From contig OX638329.1 in assembly GCA_951812755.1 (NCBI GenBank), forward strand, positions 6,315,407-6,379,406: 64,000 nucleotides of DNA, written 5' to 3'. Positions 21,461 through 30,280 of the stretch are shown piece by piece. The stretch comes from an uncultured Latescibacterota bacterium. Its GTDB lineage: Bacteria > Latescibacterota > UBA2968. Position numbers and translations under genes: made by a program. The stretch's first letter is position 1. Every line of letters starts with the position of its first letter. The notes under the pieces were generated by a model that saw only the letters and a program-made list of their open reading frames with translations, was not told the origin of the DNA and did not search any database.

Positions 21461-23660
21461 AGAAAATCCCTCTCAAATCCGGATTGCCATTGTCGATAGC
21501 GGCACAGATGTATCTCATATAGATGTGGGTGATGTTGCGGGTGGTGTTCATATTCAGATTGGTAAAGATGGTGAGACTGTGTTGTGGGATGATCACACCG
21601 ACTGTGCAGGACATGGCACAGCGTGTGCCGGGATTATCAGGAAGAAGGCTCCTGATGCGATGTTATATAGCGTGAGGATTTTTGATGCCTCATTGATGGC
21701 AGATGGGCGGGCGTTGATTGCGGCGATTCAGTGGTGCATTGACAATGAGATGGATGTGGTGAATTTAAGTCTGGGCACAACGGATGTGACGTTTAAGAAA
21801 GCTCTTCAGAAAGTGTGTCGCAAAGCGGTTGATGCTGGCGTGATTCTCGTGGCTGCTGAGAGCAATGACGGACGTGAGAGTTATCCTGCGGTATTTTCCG
21901 AAGTGATTGGTGTCACAGGTGGTGCGATCCATGAAGCAGATGGGTTTTACTACCGCAAAGATCAGCGCATCGAATGTGTAGCGCGAGGTGATGAACAGCG
22001 CGTGTGCTGGTTAAACGGAAAACATATTATGACGGGAGGAAATAGCTTTGCCGCACCCCATATCACGGGCATTATCGCACACCTGTTGGAACAAAATCCA
22101 AAATGTCCTGTTCAAGATATTCGGTTATTATTACAAGAAAAAGCATTAAGTGAAATTCCTCAAGAGCAAAATAGGTCCAAATTCGATCGTCCGGCGCACC
22201 GAAAAGATTTTCAAGACGATTATTCCTGGATTAAAAAAGCCGTGTTGTATCCGTATAACAAAGAGATGCACAGCATGGTGCGCTATCGCGAGTTACTCGC
22301 GTTTGAGATTGTTGGCGTCGCCGATCCCATTGGCAAAGGGATGGTGGGCAAAGATGCAGGCAAGGTGATTGGGGAACCTCATGCAAATCTGCGGATCAGT
22401 CCGAATATTCGCCAGGCTCTGATCAGCCTCACGGTCTTGTCCTTCGACACCCTGTTGGTTTTGATTTCGAGACGGTTTATCCACAAATATACAAGGGAAG
22501 TTGCAGAACGCTCAGCAGAGTTATCGGCAAAAAATTACGAGTCCATTTCTTCGATTAGAACAGTACAGTCTTTGGGGTTGGAGGCTTCATTTTTTCAGAA
22601 GCTACAGGGATTGTTCATCAATGTGGCAAATCTGAGAATGAAAGTATCGCTTTTTTCGGGCACAACGGGGTATGCCAGCACCATTATCAAGACTGGTGGA
22701 ACTCTTGCCTACGGTTTCTACGGATGGCACGAGGTGCTATCTGATAATTTGACATTGGGGAGTTATATGGCTTTTACGGGCTATGTGGGGTATTTGTATG
22801 GACCCATTAAAAGTCTCATTGGCCTGTTGCGGCGCATCGAATCTACACTGGTTCATACGGACCGCTTTTTTGAAGTCTATAATATCACGCCTGATATACG
22901 CGATGAACCGCAGTTGGCTGAGCTCAACGGGGTTCGTGAAGGGATAGAGTTTAGAGATGTCAGTTTTGCATATCAACCCGAAAGAGTGGTGTTAAATGAG
23001 ATCAATCTCGAGATCGGTGTCGATCAAACAGTTGCCATTGTTGGAAGAAGCGGGTCGGGCAAATCTACTCTGGCGAAGCTCATCCCGAGATTCTACGATC
23101 CAGTGGATGGACAGGTCTTGATCGATGGGGTCGATATCAGGCAATACCGTCTCAATTCTTTGCGCCAAAATATCGGCTTTGTGATGCAAGGAAGTGCCCT
23201 GTTTCAAGGAAGTATTTTGGAGAATTTGACGTTTAACAAACCGATTTCTATGATCGATGTCGAAGCCGCGACCCGGGCAGCCTATATCCACGATTTTGTC
23301 ACGAAGCTACCTAACGGCTATCACACGATCATCGGTGAGCAGGGGGCGCAACTTTCAGAGGGACAGAAGCAAAGGGTTGCACTTGCAAGGGTGTTATTGC
23401 AGAACACACCCATCTTAATTTTGGATGAACCCACTGCTGCATTGGATAACGAATCTGAGTTTTATATCCAGGAAGCGATGAAGGAAATTTGCAAACAAAG
23501 GACAGTGATCGTCATTGCCCATCGCCTATCAACGATCCGGCGTGCAGACAAAATCGTGGTCATTGATCAGGGAAGAATTGCCGAGGAAGGTAGCCACGAA
23601 GTTTTGATGCTGCAAGATGGCGTTTATGCCATGCTCCAGGAGCGAGCCGCGAGGATTTGA
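21453..23660 (+). CDS. Chimeric S8 (subtilisin-like) peptidase + partial accessory domain fused to the C-terminal half of an ABC exporter
   Basis: Triad IVDSG / GHGTAC / GNSFAAP; Walker A GRSGSGKST, LSEGQKQR, ILILDEPT, IAHRL; TMD incomplete. Confidence 0.85.
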   Translation: MRRENPSQIRIAIVDSGTDVSHIDVGDVAGGVHIQIGKDGETVLWDDHTDCAGHGTACAGIIRKKAPDAMLYSVRIFDASLMADGRALIAAIQWCIDNEMDVVNLSLGTTDVTFKKALQKVCRKAVDAGVILVAAESNDGRESYPAVFSEVIGVTGGAIHEADGFYYRKDQRIECVARGDEQRVCWLNGKHIMTGGNSFAAPHITGIIAHLLEQNPKCPVQDIRLLLQEKALSEIPQEQNRSKFDRPAHRKDFQDDYSWIKKAVLYPYNKEMHSMVRYRELLAFEIVGVADPIGKGMVGKDAGKVIGEPHANLRISPNIRQALISLTVLSFDTLLVLISRRFIHKYTREVAERSAELSAKNYESISSIRTVQSLGLEASFFQKLQGLFINVANLRMKVSLFSGTTGYASTIIKTGGTLAYGFYGWHEVLSDNLTLGSYMAFTGYVGYLYGPIKSLIGLLRRIESTLVHTDRFFEVYNITPDIRDEPQLAELNGVREGIEFRDVSFAYQPERVVLNEINLEIGVDQTVAIVGRSGSGKSTLAKLIPRFYDPVDGQVLIDGVDIRQYRLNSLRQNIGFVMQGSALFQGSILENLTFNKPISMIDVEAATRAAYIHDFVTKLPNGYHTIIGEQGAQLSEGQKQRVALARVLLQNTPILILDEPTAALDNESEFYIQEAMKEICKQRTVIVIAHRLSTIRRADKIVVIDQGRIAEEGSHEVLMLQDGVYAMLQERAARI

Positions 23661-23661
23661 T

Positions 23662-23979
23662 ATGTTCAAAGCAAAGTACCCAAATTGTGGATGTAAAAAC
23701 GATTGGGGAGGATCATTTAAATGGTTTAATCCTCCTCGCACCTGGCCCTGTAAGCAATGTGGCTTCATGCTTGAAATGGATCGTAAAAGGGGGTTCGTAG
23801 TGCTACTCATATATGCGGCATTCTGGTTATTTTTTGAGTTCTGGGTCAAGGATTGGAGCTTTCTTGTCTATTATCTTCTGCCAGTTGGCATTTTTATCAT
23901 TCTTTCATTGAAGCGCGTTAAAATTGTGCAATCTTCAGACCAAAATTCTGATGCTGGTAGTCGAAAAAGCACCTCTTGA
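23662..23979 (+). CDS. CxxC-x20-CxxC-like small membrane protein (paralog 1, first Cys replaced by Tyr)
   Basis: YPNC..WPCKQCG then two TM helices; ATG 1 nt after previous stop. Confidence 0.7.
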   Translation: MFKAKYPNCGCKNDWGGSFKWFNPPRTWPCKQCGFMLEMDRKRGFVVLLIYAAFWLFFEFWVKDWSFLVYYLLPVGIFIILSLKRVKIVQSSDQNSDAGSRKSTS

Positions 23980-24079
23980 CAAGGAAAGGGGGTAAATGAG
24001 AGATCACTGCACGGTGCTTTGTTCATGGTGAATGGAAAACATTCACTGATTTCTAATTTTTATATCATTGGAGGATCAC

Positions 24080-24434
24080 ATGCAAAAGCTGGTGAAAAGA
24101 AGGATGCATTACGAGCTCATTATGCCTGTTGAGGCTTATGAGGAAGAGAATAATAATGATGATTTGGTGCAGGATCTGATTAGTATTGGTATCACTGTTG
24201 CGGGGGTAGTCACTGGATTCGTAACTAGTGCATCGTGGCGTAAGTCTTGCGACATATAGAAGTGAACATCAAAACCTTCTGGATTACTGGCGTTGTGCTT
24301 GCGCGTGGCGGCTTAAACCATGCCGCAATGACAACCGCAAGTCAAATTGATATGACCAGTTTCTTTTGCCGAGATGCACTAGTGACATTGACATTGACTA
24401 CGACGACCCACTCGTACAAGCATATGGCGAATAA
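24080..24434 (+). pseudogene. Putative peptide precursor (66 aa when restored) interrupted by MITE family B
   Basis: RBS GGAGGA; removing 24229-24382 gives MQKLVKRRMHYELIMPVEAYEEENNNDDLVQDLISIGITVAGVVTGFVTSDIDIDYDDPLVQAYGE*. Confidence 0.7.
24229..24378 (+). mobile_element. MITE family B (ends TGCATC..GATGCA), CTAG target duplication
   Basis: CTAG at 24225-28 and 24379-82; near-identical copy at 52731-52881. Confidence 0.85.
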
Positions 24435-24464
24435 GGAACGCCAAAGTTGGGTATCTTGATGGTT

Positions 24465-24504
24465 GCAGGTATTGTACTCTTGTATATCTGAGTGCAATAC
24501 CTGC
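24465..24504 (+). terminator. Stem-loop downstream of the peptide gene (mRNA-stabilising hairpin or weak terminator)
   Basis: GCAGGTATTGTACTC..GAGTGCAATACCTGC. Confidence 0.55.
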
Positions 24505-24538
24505 TAAATTCTTTCATCCAGGATGGAGGACCTAAGAT

Positions 24539-24850
24539 ATGCTAAGAAATATAAAAAACATTTGTACCTGTCCAAAATGCGGACATTCCGTTGGATGGCG
24601 TCGCAAATTATTTACCGGTATATTGGCTCAATGGCCCTGTAAGAATTGCGGTACGGCCCTGGAATTTGGCCTCAATAGATACCCAATATTGCTCCCTGTG
24701 GTTATCATACCAATCAATTTATGGGTTACGCCTCATGTAGATTTTTGGGTCTCTGCGGTAATAAACGGTTTAGGGATATTTTTTGTAAGTTTTATAAGTT
24801 TAGTAGTTGTAGAGAAGTATGAACCACCCCATCGGCATGATGCAAAGTGA
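24539..24850 (+). CDS. CxxC-x19-CxxC small membrane protein (paralog 2)
   Basis: CPKCGHSVGWRRKL..WPCKNCG plus two TM helices; RBS GGAGGA. Confidence 0.8.
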   Translation: MLRNIKNICTCPKCGHSVGWRRKLFTGILAQWPCKNCGTALEFGLNRYPILLPVVIIPINLWVTPHVDFWVSAVINGLGIFFVSFISLVVVEKYEPPHRHDAK

Positions 24851-24869
24851 GAGATTGGAGTCCCAATAT

Positions 24870-25175
24870 ATGCCAATAAACATAAAAAGCATTTACACCT
24901 GTCCAAAATGCGGACATTCCGTTGGATGGCGACGCAAGTTGAGTGCTAACATCTTCAGTATATGGCCCTGCAAGAATTGCGGTACGCCTTTGGGTTTTGG
25001 TTCTGTGAGACGCCTGATTTTAGTTTCTATATTTACCTTTTCAACCGCGTTATGGCTTAAACCTCATGTGAATTTTTGGGTCTTTTGGGTAATCTTTGCT
25101 TCAGGAATGATCGTTGCAGGATATGTTGATCCAGTTGTTGAGAAGCAGGAACCACAGCGGCCTGATGCAGAGTAA
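24870..25175 (+). CDS. CxxC-x19-CxxC small membrane protein (paralog 3)
   Basis: Tandem duplicate of 24539..24850; RBS GGAG. Confidence 0.8.
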   Translation: MPINIKSIYTCPKCGHSVGWRRKLSANIFSIWPCKNCGTPLGFGSVRRLILVSIFTFSTALWLKPHVNFWVFWVIFASGMIVAGYVDPVVEKQEPQRPDAE

Positions 25176-25319
25176 GTGTGTTTGGTGCGAAAATATATGC
25201 CAATTGAGGGTCAAGAGAACGTGGGATGTGGATCGTATTCTGAAGATTATTACCTTGTTAGATGATATTTCTCAAAGGGAAGAGTGCGTTCTGAAGAATG
25301 TTTTGAAGGCGCTTTGAGG

Positions 25320-25508
25320 CGCGATTGTCAATGTGAATTTAATGTTCAATTGGAAAGAGAAAAGTGAATGATGTTTTCACTTCTTAATTCGATGGTCAGC
25401 CTGAATTTTATCCTAAAAAAATCTCTATATATATAAAAAATAATACTTTACAGAAATTGTCATTTGAAAAATCCATATTGGCACACATGTTGCGTATATT
25501 TGTTTAAG
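25320..25508 (+). promoter_or_regulatory. Sigma54 promoter module copy 2
   Basis: TGGCAC-ACATG-TTGC at 25479-25493; colinear with 18244-18440. Confidence 0.75.
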
Positions 25509-25669
25509 TGGGGACTATATACAAGAAACTCCTAACTCTCCGTAACTTACTGTCTTACAGTGCGTTACGAGATAGGGATTTTTGAGGCTTTTTGGAGTTG
25601 ACAATTGTCCTGTCAATCTCTATTTTTTTTTTGACCGAACACTAAAAACAGCAAAGAGGGGTGTGTTCT

Positions 25670-26002
25670 ATGGATTGGACACCGATAATTGTCATGACTG
25701 CGGCTTTTATTTCTTCTTTTGGGATAATAGCTGGCGTAATGACATGGTACAATATCTCGCATTTCAACGGAATAAAACAGGATATCAATCGGGCAGAAGA
25801 CAACCTGAAGAAACATATCAATCGGTCGGAAGATAGCCTGAAGGAGCGCATTGACCGGCTGGAAGGCGATTTGGGCAAAATATCGAGCGATCATTCCGAA
25901 TTGAGAGACCGAACTGCACGAATTGAAGGGGAAGGGGATATAAGAGGTGAACTGAGGAAGGTGTTGGATAGGCATAGTTCCTCCAATAAACCTCCGGCTT
26001 GA
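25670..26002 (+). CDS. Small protein with N-terminal TM helix and coiled coil
   Basis: Hydrophobic N-terminus; INR.ED.LK repeats; RBS GAGG. Confidence 0.65.
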   Translation: MDWTPIIVMTAAFISSFGIIAGVMTWYNISHFNGIKQDINRAEDNLKKHINRSEDSLKERIDRLEGDLGKISSDHSELRDRTARIEGEGDIRGELRKVLDRHSSSNKPPA

Positions 26003-26009
26003 GGGAAAA

Positions 26010-26273
26010 ATGAACGACAATAGACAGCTAAACCCGCACAAAGAAATAAAAAGACTGGAAGATAAAATAAAAACATTGGAAGATGAGTTTTCCGAGATAG
26101 TACTTGAATTAAAAGCCCTTCTCGAAACTGATGAAGGGAAAGAAAAAGCAGCATACACTCCGGAGAACACCGTGTTGTTCTTGGTGCGGTTCGTGTTTAA
26201 CCTCGACGATCGTTTACAAACACTCTCAAGTTTGGCAAAGCAGAATAAAGGTCTAAAATCTGAGCAGAAATAG
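26010..26273 (+). CDS. Small coiled-coil hypothetical protein
   Basis: RBS GAGG, 7 nt after previous stop, followed by hairpin. Confidence 0.6.
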   Translation: MNDNRQLNPHKEIKRLEDKIKTLEDEFSEIVLELKALLETDEGKEKAAYTPENTVLFLVRFVFNLDDRLQTLSSLAKQNKGLKSEQK

Positions 26274-26275
26274 CA

Positions 26276-26308
26276 GAAGGCCGTGTCTTTTGTCGAGACA
26301 CGGCCTTC
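26276..26308 (+). terminator. Hairpin after the two-gene unit
   Basis: GAAGGCCGTGTCT..AGACACGGCCTTC. Confidence 0.55.
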
Positions 26309-26432
26309 ATAAACAATACACAACCCAGCGAAAGGAAGTGTAAAATGAATTTACCACAGCCAGAGAGAAATGTCAACCCAAACAACAAGGAGTTTAAGAT
26401 TATCACCCATACCATCTTCGGCGATTCGCCCG

Positions 26433-27323
26433 TCACATCAATTTTTTGCGTTTTGCGAGGTAGTTGAAGAGGGCGGTGTCAAAGGGTTCTGAGGTTTCGA
26501 GGAGGACGTAGTCGATCATGGCTTCGCGGCATTCGCGGCGGTAGCGATCGATGAGGGTTTCCATGTGGTCGCGGTACTCGGGTGCGAGATGCCAGGGTTC
26601 TGTGGCGATTTGCGTGCCGGATTCGAGATCGACAAAGCGCATTTCGCGGTTGAAGTCGAGGTCGCGTTCTCGGGGATCCAGGATGTGGAAGACGATGACT
26701 TCGTGGTTGCGATGGCAAAAGTGTTTGAGACCGTTGAGCAGGCGGTCCGGGTCGTCGAAGAGGTCGGAGATGACGATGACGAGGCCGCGGCGCACAATGC
26801 GTTCGGCCAGTTCGTGAAAGGTAGCGGCCAGATCGGTATCGGTGCCTTCGGGGCTGGTATTTTGGAGCGTGGTCAGGAGGGTGTGCAAATGACTGGTGAC
26901 TGAGCGGGGCGGCAAATACGTGCGTATGCGGTCGTCAAAGGCGATTAATCCGACGGCGTCGCGCTGGCGCAACATGAGGTGGGATAGGGCGGCTGCGGTA
27001 TAAGATGCGTATTGGAATTTGGTGATGGAATCCGAGCCATAAGCCATTGAGGCACTGGCGTCTATGAGGAGATGGGCTTTGAGGTTGGTTTCTTCTTCGT
27101 ATTGTTTGACGTAGAGACGGTCGGTTTTGCCAAATACTTTCCAGTCCAGGTCGCGCAGTGAGTCCCCCGGCATGTATTGTCGGTATTCGGAGAATTCGAC
27201 GGAGAAGCCGTGATAGGGACTTTGATGCAAGCCAGTAATAAATCCTTCAACTACCAGGCGCGCGATCAGGTCCAGGCGCGCGAGTCGGGAGACGACTTCG
27301 GGTTTGAGATATTCTTGATTCAT
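26433..27323 (-). CDS. DUF58 (MoxR-associated vWA-like) protein
   Basis: GLHQSPYHGFSVEFSEYRQY.PGD..R..DWK motif; true start MNQEYL. Confidence 0.92.
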   Translation of the reverse strand: MNQEYLKPEVVSRLARLDLIARLVVEGFITGLHQSPYHGFSVEFSEYRQYMPGDSLRDLDWKVFGKTDRLYVKQYEEETNLKAHLLIDASASMAYGSDSITKFQYASYTAAALSHLMLRQRDAVGLIAFDDRIRTYLPPRSVTSHLHTLLTTLQNTSPEGTDTDLAATFHELAERIVRRGLVIVISDLFDDPDRLLNGLKHFCHRNHEVIVFHILDPRERDLDFNREMRFVDLESGTQIATEPWHLAPEYRDHMETLIDRYRRECREAMIDYVLLETSEPFDTALFNYLAKRKKLM

Positions 27324-27325
27324 CC

Positions 27326-28495
27326 CTAAAAGCCCGCAGCGAGGAGTATCCAACCCACAACGGCTCCGCCAACGACCAGCCATACCGCGCCGACACCGCG
27401 CCACAATATCAGAATGGATGCGATGCCTGCGATTGCCATTTTGGGCACAGAATCCAGGGTCAGATAGCCCAGTTCTATTGTTACAGCGGCCATCAATCCC
27501 ACGGCACAGACGTTCACGGCGTCGAGAAAAGACGCCACCCATTGGGATTCTCGCAGCCTGGGCAAGATGGGGTTCAGCGCAGCGACAAAGATAAAGGAGG
27601 GCAAGAAGATCGCGCCCGCAGCGACGAGGGCGCCGGATAATTTGCCGCCGGTGACGAGATAACCGATGAAGGCCGCGGTCGATAATACGGGTCCGGGCGT
27701 GAACTGCCCGATGGCAATGGCTTCCAGCAATTGTTCCTGGGTCAGCCAGGCATATCTGAGCACGAGTTCTTCTTCGAGAAATGCAATGAGCAAGTATCCG
27801 CTGCCGTAGAGGATCGCGCCAATTTTTAGAAAGAATAGGCCCAGTGCCCACAGCGTTGGGCCTGCTGCGGATACGGCACCCTGGCTTGCGAGCATTGTCA
27901 ATCCCGTGCCTGCTATAGGCGCGATTGCAGCTACATGTCCGCGGTCTCTCGGTCGCGTCATTTTCAGCCAGAACATCCCGATGATTCCGCCGCCAATCAG
28001 TGCGAGCACGCCGCTAAATGTCGTGAGGGACACGAGCATGACAGCCAGGCCCAGAAAGCTCAATCGCCAGCCTTTTACGGCTTTTTGCCCCAATCGCCAC
28101 AGCGCGCCCAGGATGACGGCGAGTACCGCTGGTTTGATGCCATAGAGCAAGTCGGCAACCTCTGGGATAGCGCCATAAGTCATGTAGGCCCAGGCGAGGA
28201 TTGTTGTCAATGTAACGGCGGGGAATATAAAACATCCGCCAGCCAGCAATAGTCCGATCCAACCGCCGCGCAAAAATCCCAGGTGAATTGCCATTTCCGT
28301 CGAGTTTGGTCCGGGGATAATACTCGTTACACCGACGAGATCTAAAAATCGCTCGCGCGATAACCAGGCGCGTTTTTCAACGACTTCGTCTTCCATCAGG
28401 GCGATATGCGCTGCGGGTCCACCAAAGCCTATGACGCCGAGTTTAAAGAATAATGCCGCTACTTCGCGGAGTCGTCCGCGTTTTTCGTTTGACAT
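27326..28495 (-). CDS. chrA: Chromate efflux transporter (CHR family)
   Basis: GFGGPAAHIA, PGPNSTE, GQFTPGP motifs. Confidence 0.93.
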   Translation of the reverse strand: MSNEKRGRLREVAALFFKLGVIGFGGPAAHIALMEDEVVEKRAWLSRERFLDLVGVTSIIPGPNSTEMAIHLGFLRGGWIGLLLAGGCFIFPAVTLTTILAWAYMTYGAIPEVADLLYGIKPAVLAVILGALWRLGQKAVKGWRLSFLGLAVMLVSLTTFSGVLALIGGGIIGMFWLKMTRPRDRGHVAAIAPIAGTGLTMLASQGAVSAAGPTLWALGLFFLKIGAILYGSGYLLIAFLEEELVLRYAWLTQEQLLEAIAIGQFTPGPVLSTAAFIGYLVTGGKLSGALVAAGAIFLPSFIFVAALNPILPRLRESQWVASFLDAVNVCAVGLMAAVTIELGYLTLDSVPKMAIAGIASILILWRGVGAVWLVVGGAVVGWILLAAGF

Positions 28496-28613
28496 ATTAA
28501 ATCCTCAAAAATGCAACCACAGATGAACACGGATAAACACAGGTGAAAGCTATCCCGCCGAAGGGCTGGGAACTGGGAGTTAATTGAAGCTTCCCTACTT
28601 CACACTTCCTACT

Positions 28614-29975
28614 TCACACTTCATCTACAACTTCCGCAAGCACTTGTAAGCCATCTTCGAGCGCGTCTTGTTCAATGGTCAATGGCGGAGAAATTTTTAC
28701 GGTTTGTCCCCACGCGCCCACGGGGGCAAAGAATAGCAGTCCCTTGTGAAAACAGCGCAGTACAATTTCGTGCGCCAGGTCCGGGTCGGGTTCTTTTTGA
28801 CCGGCTTTTACCATCTGCACACCGCCTACGAGTCCCTTGCAGGTTACGTGCCCGACCACATCGGGATGTGCGGCTTGAATTTTTTTGATTCCGTTCATCA
28901 ATACTGGTTCGAGTCGCGCTGCATTGCCGGTTAAATCGTCATCTACTATTTTTTTTAAGCTGGCGAGTGCGGCTGCACAACAGACCGGGTTGCCCGTGTG
29001 GGTGCTTGTCATCGATCCGGGGGGATATAAGTCCATGACCTCGGTTTTGCCGATTACGCCGGATAGAGGAAGTGAACTGCTCACACCTTTGCCAAAGCAT
29101 ATCAGGTCGGGGATTACGCCGTAGTGCTCAAATCCCCACATTTTGCCGGTGCGACCAAATCCCGCCTGTACTTCATCAAAAATTAAGAGGGCACCGTGTG
29201 CTTTGCACCATTCAGATAGTGCCTGTACGTACGCCACGGGCGCGAAATCAGGTCCCACGCCCTGATATGTTTCGAGCATGACACCGCATACATCGTCTGC
29301 ATCTAATCCTTTGTCTTTGATTGTAGAGCAGAAAAAGTCGAAATCTACATTTTCTGTCCAATACCCATCGGGAAAGGGCACTTGCACAATGGCGGGGTCT
29401 TCGTTTCCGATCCAGTCTTTTTGCCCGGGCATGCCGCCGACTTGCTGCGCGCCCATTGTGCGCCCGTGAAATCCGCGTTCAAATCCCACAAAGCCGATTT
29501 TCTTTTTTCCCCCGGTTGTAATGCCGTGTGTTCGCGCGAGTTTCAGAGCGTTTTCTGTGCTTTCAGATCCGGTCGTCAGCAGAAATGCTTTGTCCAATCC
29601 TTCTGGCGCCAGATCTACGAGAAACTCGACGAGTTGCGCTCGCTCTTCGCTGGGGAATACGTAGTTGTGCAATAGTCCGGTATTTACCTGATCTATGATT
29701 GCACGCCGCACTTCGGGCATGCCGTGCCCGGCATTGGTGACGAGTACGCCCGAGCTCCAGTCGAGCCACATATTGCCGTATTTGTCATAGACCTGACAAT
29801 CTTCTGCGCGATCCCATACAATGGGCGGTTGTCCGCGCATGGAGATGGGTTCCACTCTGTGTAGCGTTTCCAGAGTTGCCACCGAGTCCGGATGGGGCAC
29901 AGGTGTTATAATGCGGCGATATTTGGTATCGACTTTTGGCACATTAACAGGGGTGATGTCAAATTCTTTTCCCAT
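28614..29975 (-). CDS. Class III PLP-dependent aminotransferase
   Basis: GFHGRT, DEVQAGFGRTG, FGKG motifs. Confidence 0.93.
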   Translation of the reverse strand: MGKEFDITPVNVPKVDTKYRRIITPVPHPDSVATLETLHRVEPISMRGQPPIVWDRAEDCQVYDKYGNMWLDWSSGVLVTNAGHGMPEVRRAIIDQVNTGLLHNYVFPSEERAQLVEFLVDLAPEGLDKAFLLTTGSESTENALKLARTHGITTGGKKKIGFVGFERGFHGRTMGAQQVGGMPGQKDWIGNEDPAIVQVPFPDGYWTENVDFDFFCSTIKDKGLDADDVCGVMLETYQGVGPDFAPVAYVQALSEWCKAHGALLIFDEVQAGFGRTGKMWGFEHYGVIPDLICFGKGVSSSLPLSGVIGKTEVMDLYPPGSMTSTHTGNPVCCAAALASLKKIVDDDLTGNAARLEPVLMNGIKKIQAAHPDVVGHVTCKGLVGGVQMVKAGQKEPDPDLAHEIVLRCFHKGLLFFAPVGAWGQTVKISPPLTIEQDALEDGLQVLAEVVDEV

Positions 29976-29976
29976 A

Positions 29977-30247
29977 GGATCAGGATATCCCGGATTAAAG
30001 GATTTACAGGATACCGCCCTTCATCCGCCCACTTCACAGTACGGGCGAAAAATCTTTCGCCCCTACAATCATCTGCGTTCATCTGCGTAAAACGCTCAAA
30101 TTACTCGCGTTTTTTCTGCGTCATCTGCGTTCATTGGATCAGGATATCCCGGATTAAAGGATTTACAGGATGCCGCCCTTCATCCGCCCACTTCACAGTA
30201 CGGGCGAAAAATCTTTCGCCCCTACAATCATCTGCGTTCATCTGCGT
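29977..30247. repeat. ~112-bp direct duplication of composite repeat (nonamer repeats + GTAG-type REP hairpin)
   Basis: 29977-30088 nearly identical to 30136-30247; contains GTACGGGCGAAA..TTTCGCCCCTAC. Confidence 0.8.
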
Positions 30248-30280
30248 TCATGCTCGAATTACTCGCCTTCATTCTGCGGA

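Noticed and set aside
24247..24459. 70-aa ORF and the SASWRKSCDI ending of the 63-aa ORF
   Set aside because: Both derive from MITE B sequence; the restored frame is different
27324..27851. N-terminal extension of the DUF58 ORF (472 aa)
   Set aside because: Overlaps chrA in another frame; family similarity starts at MNQEYL (27323)
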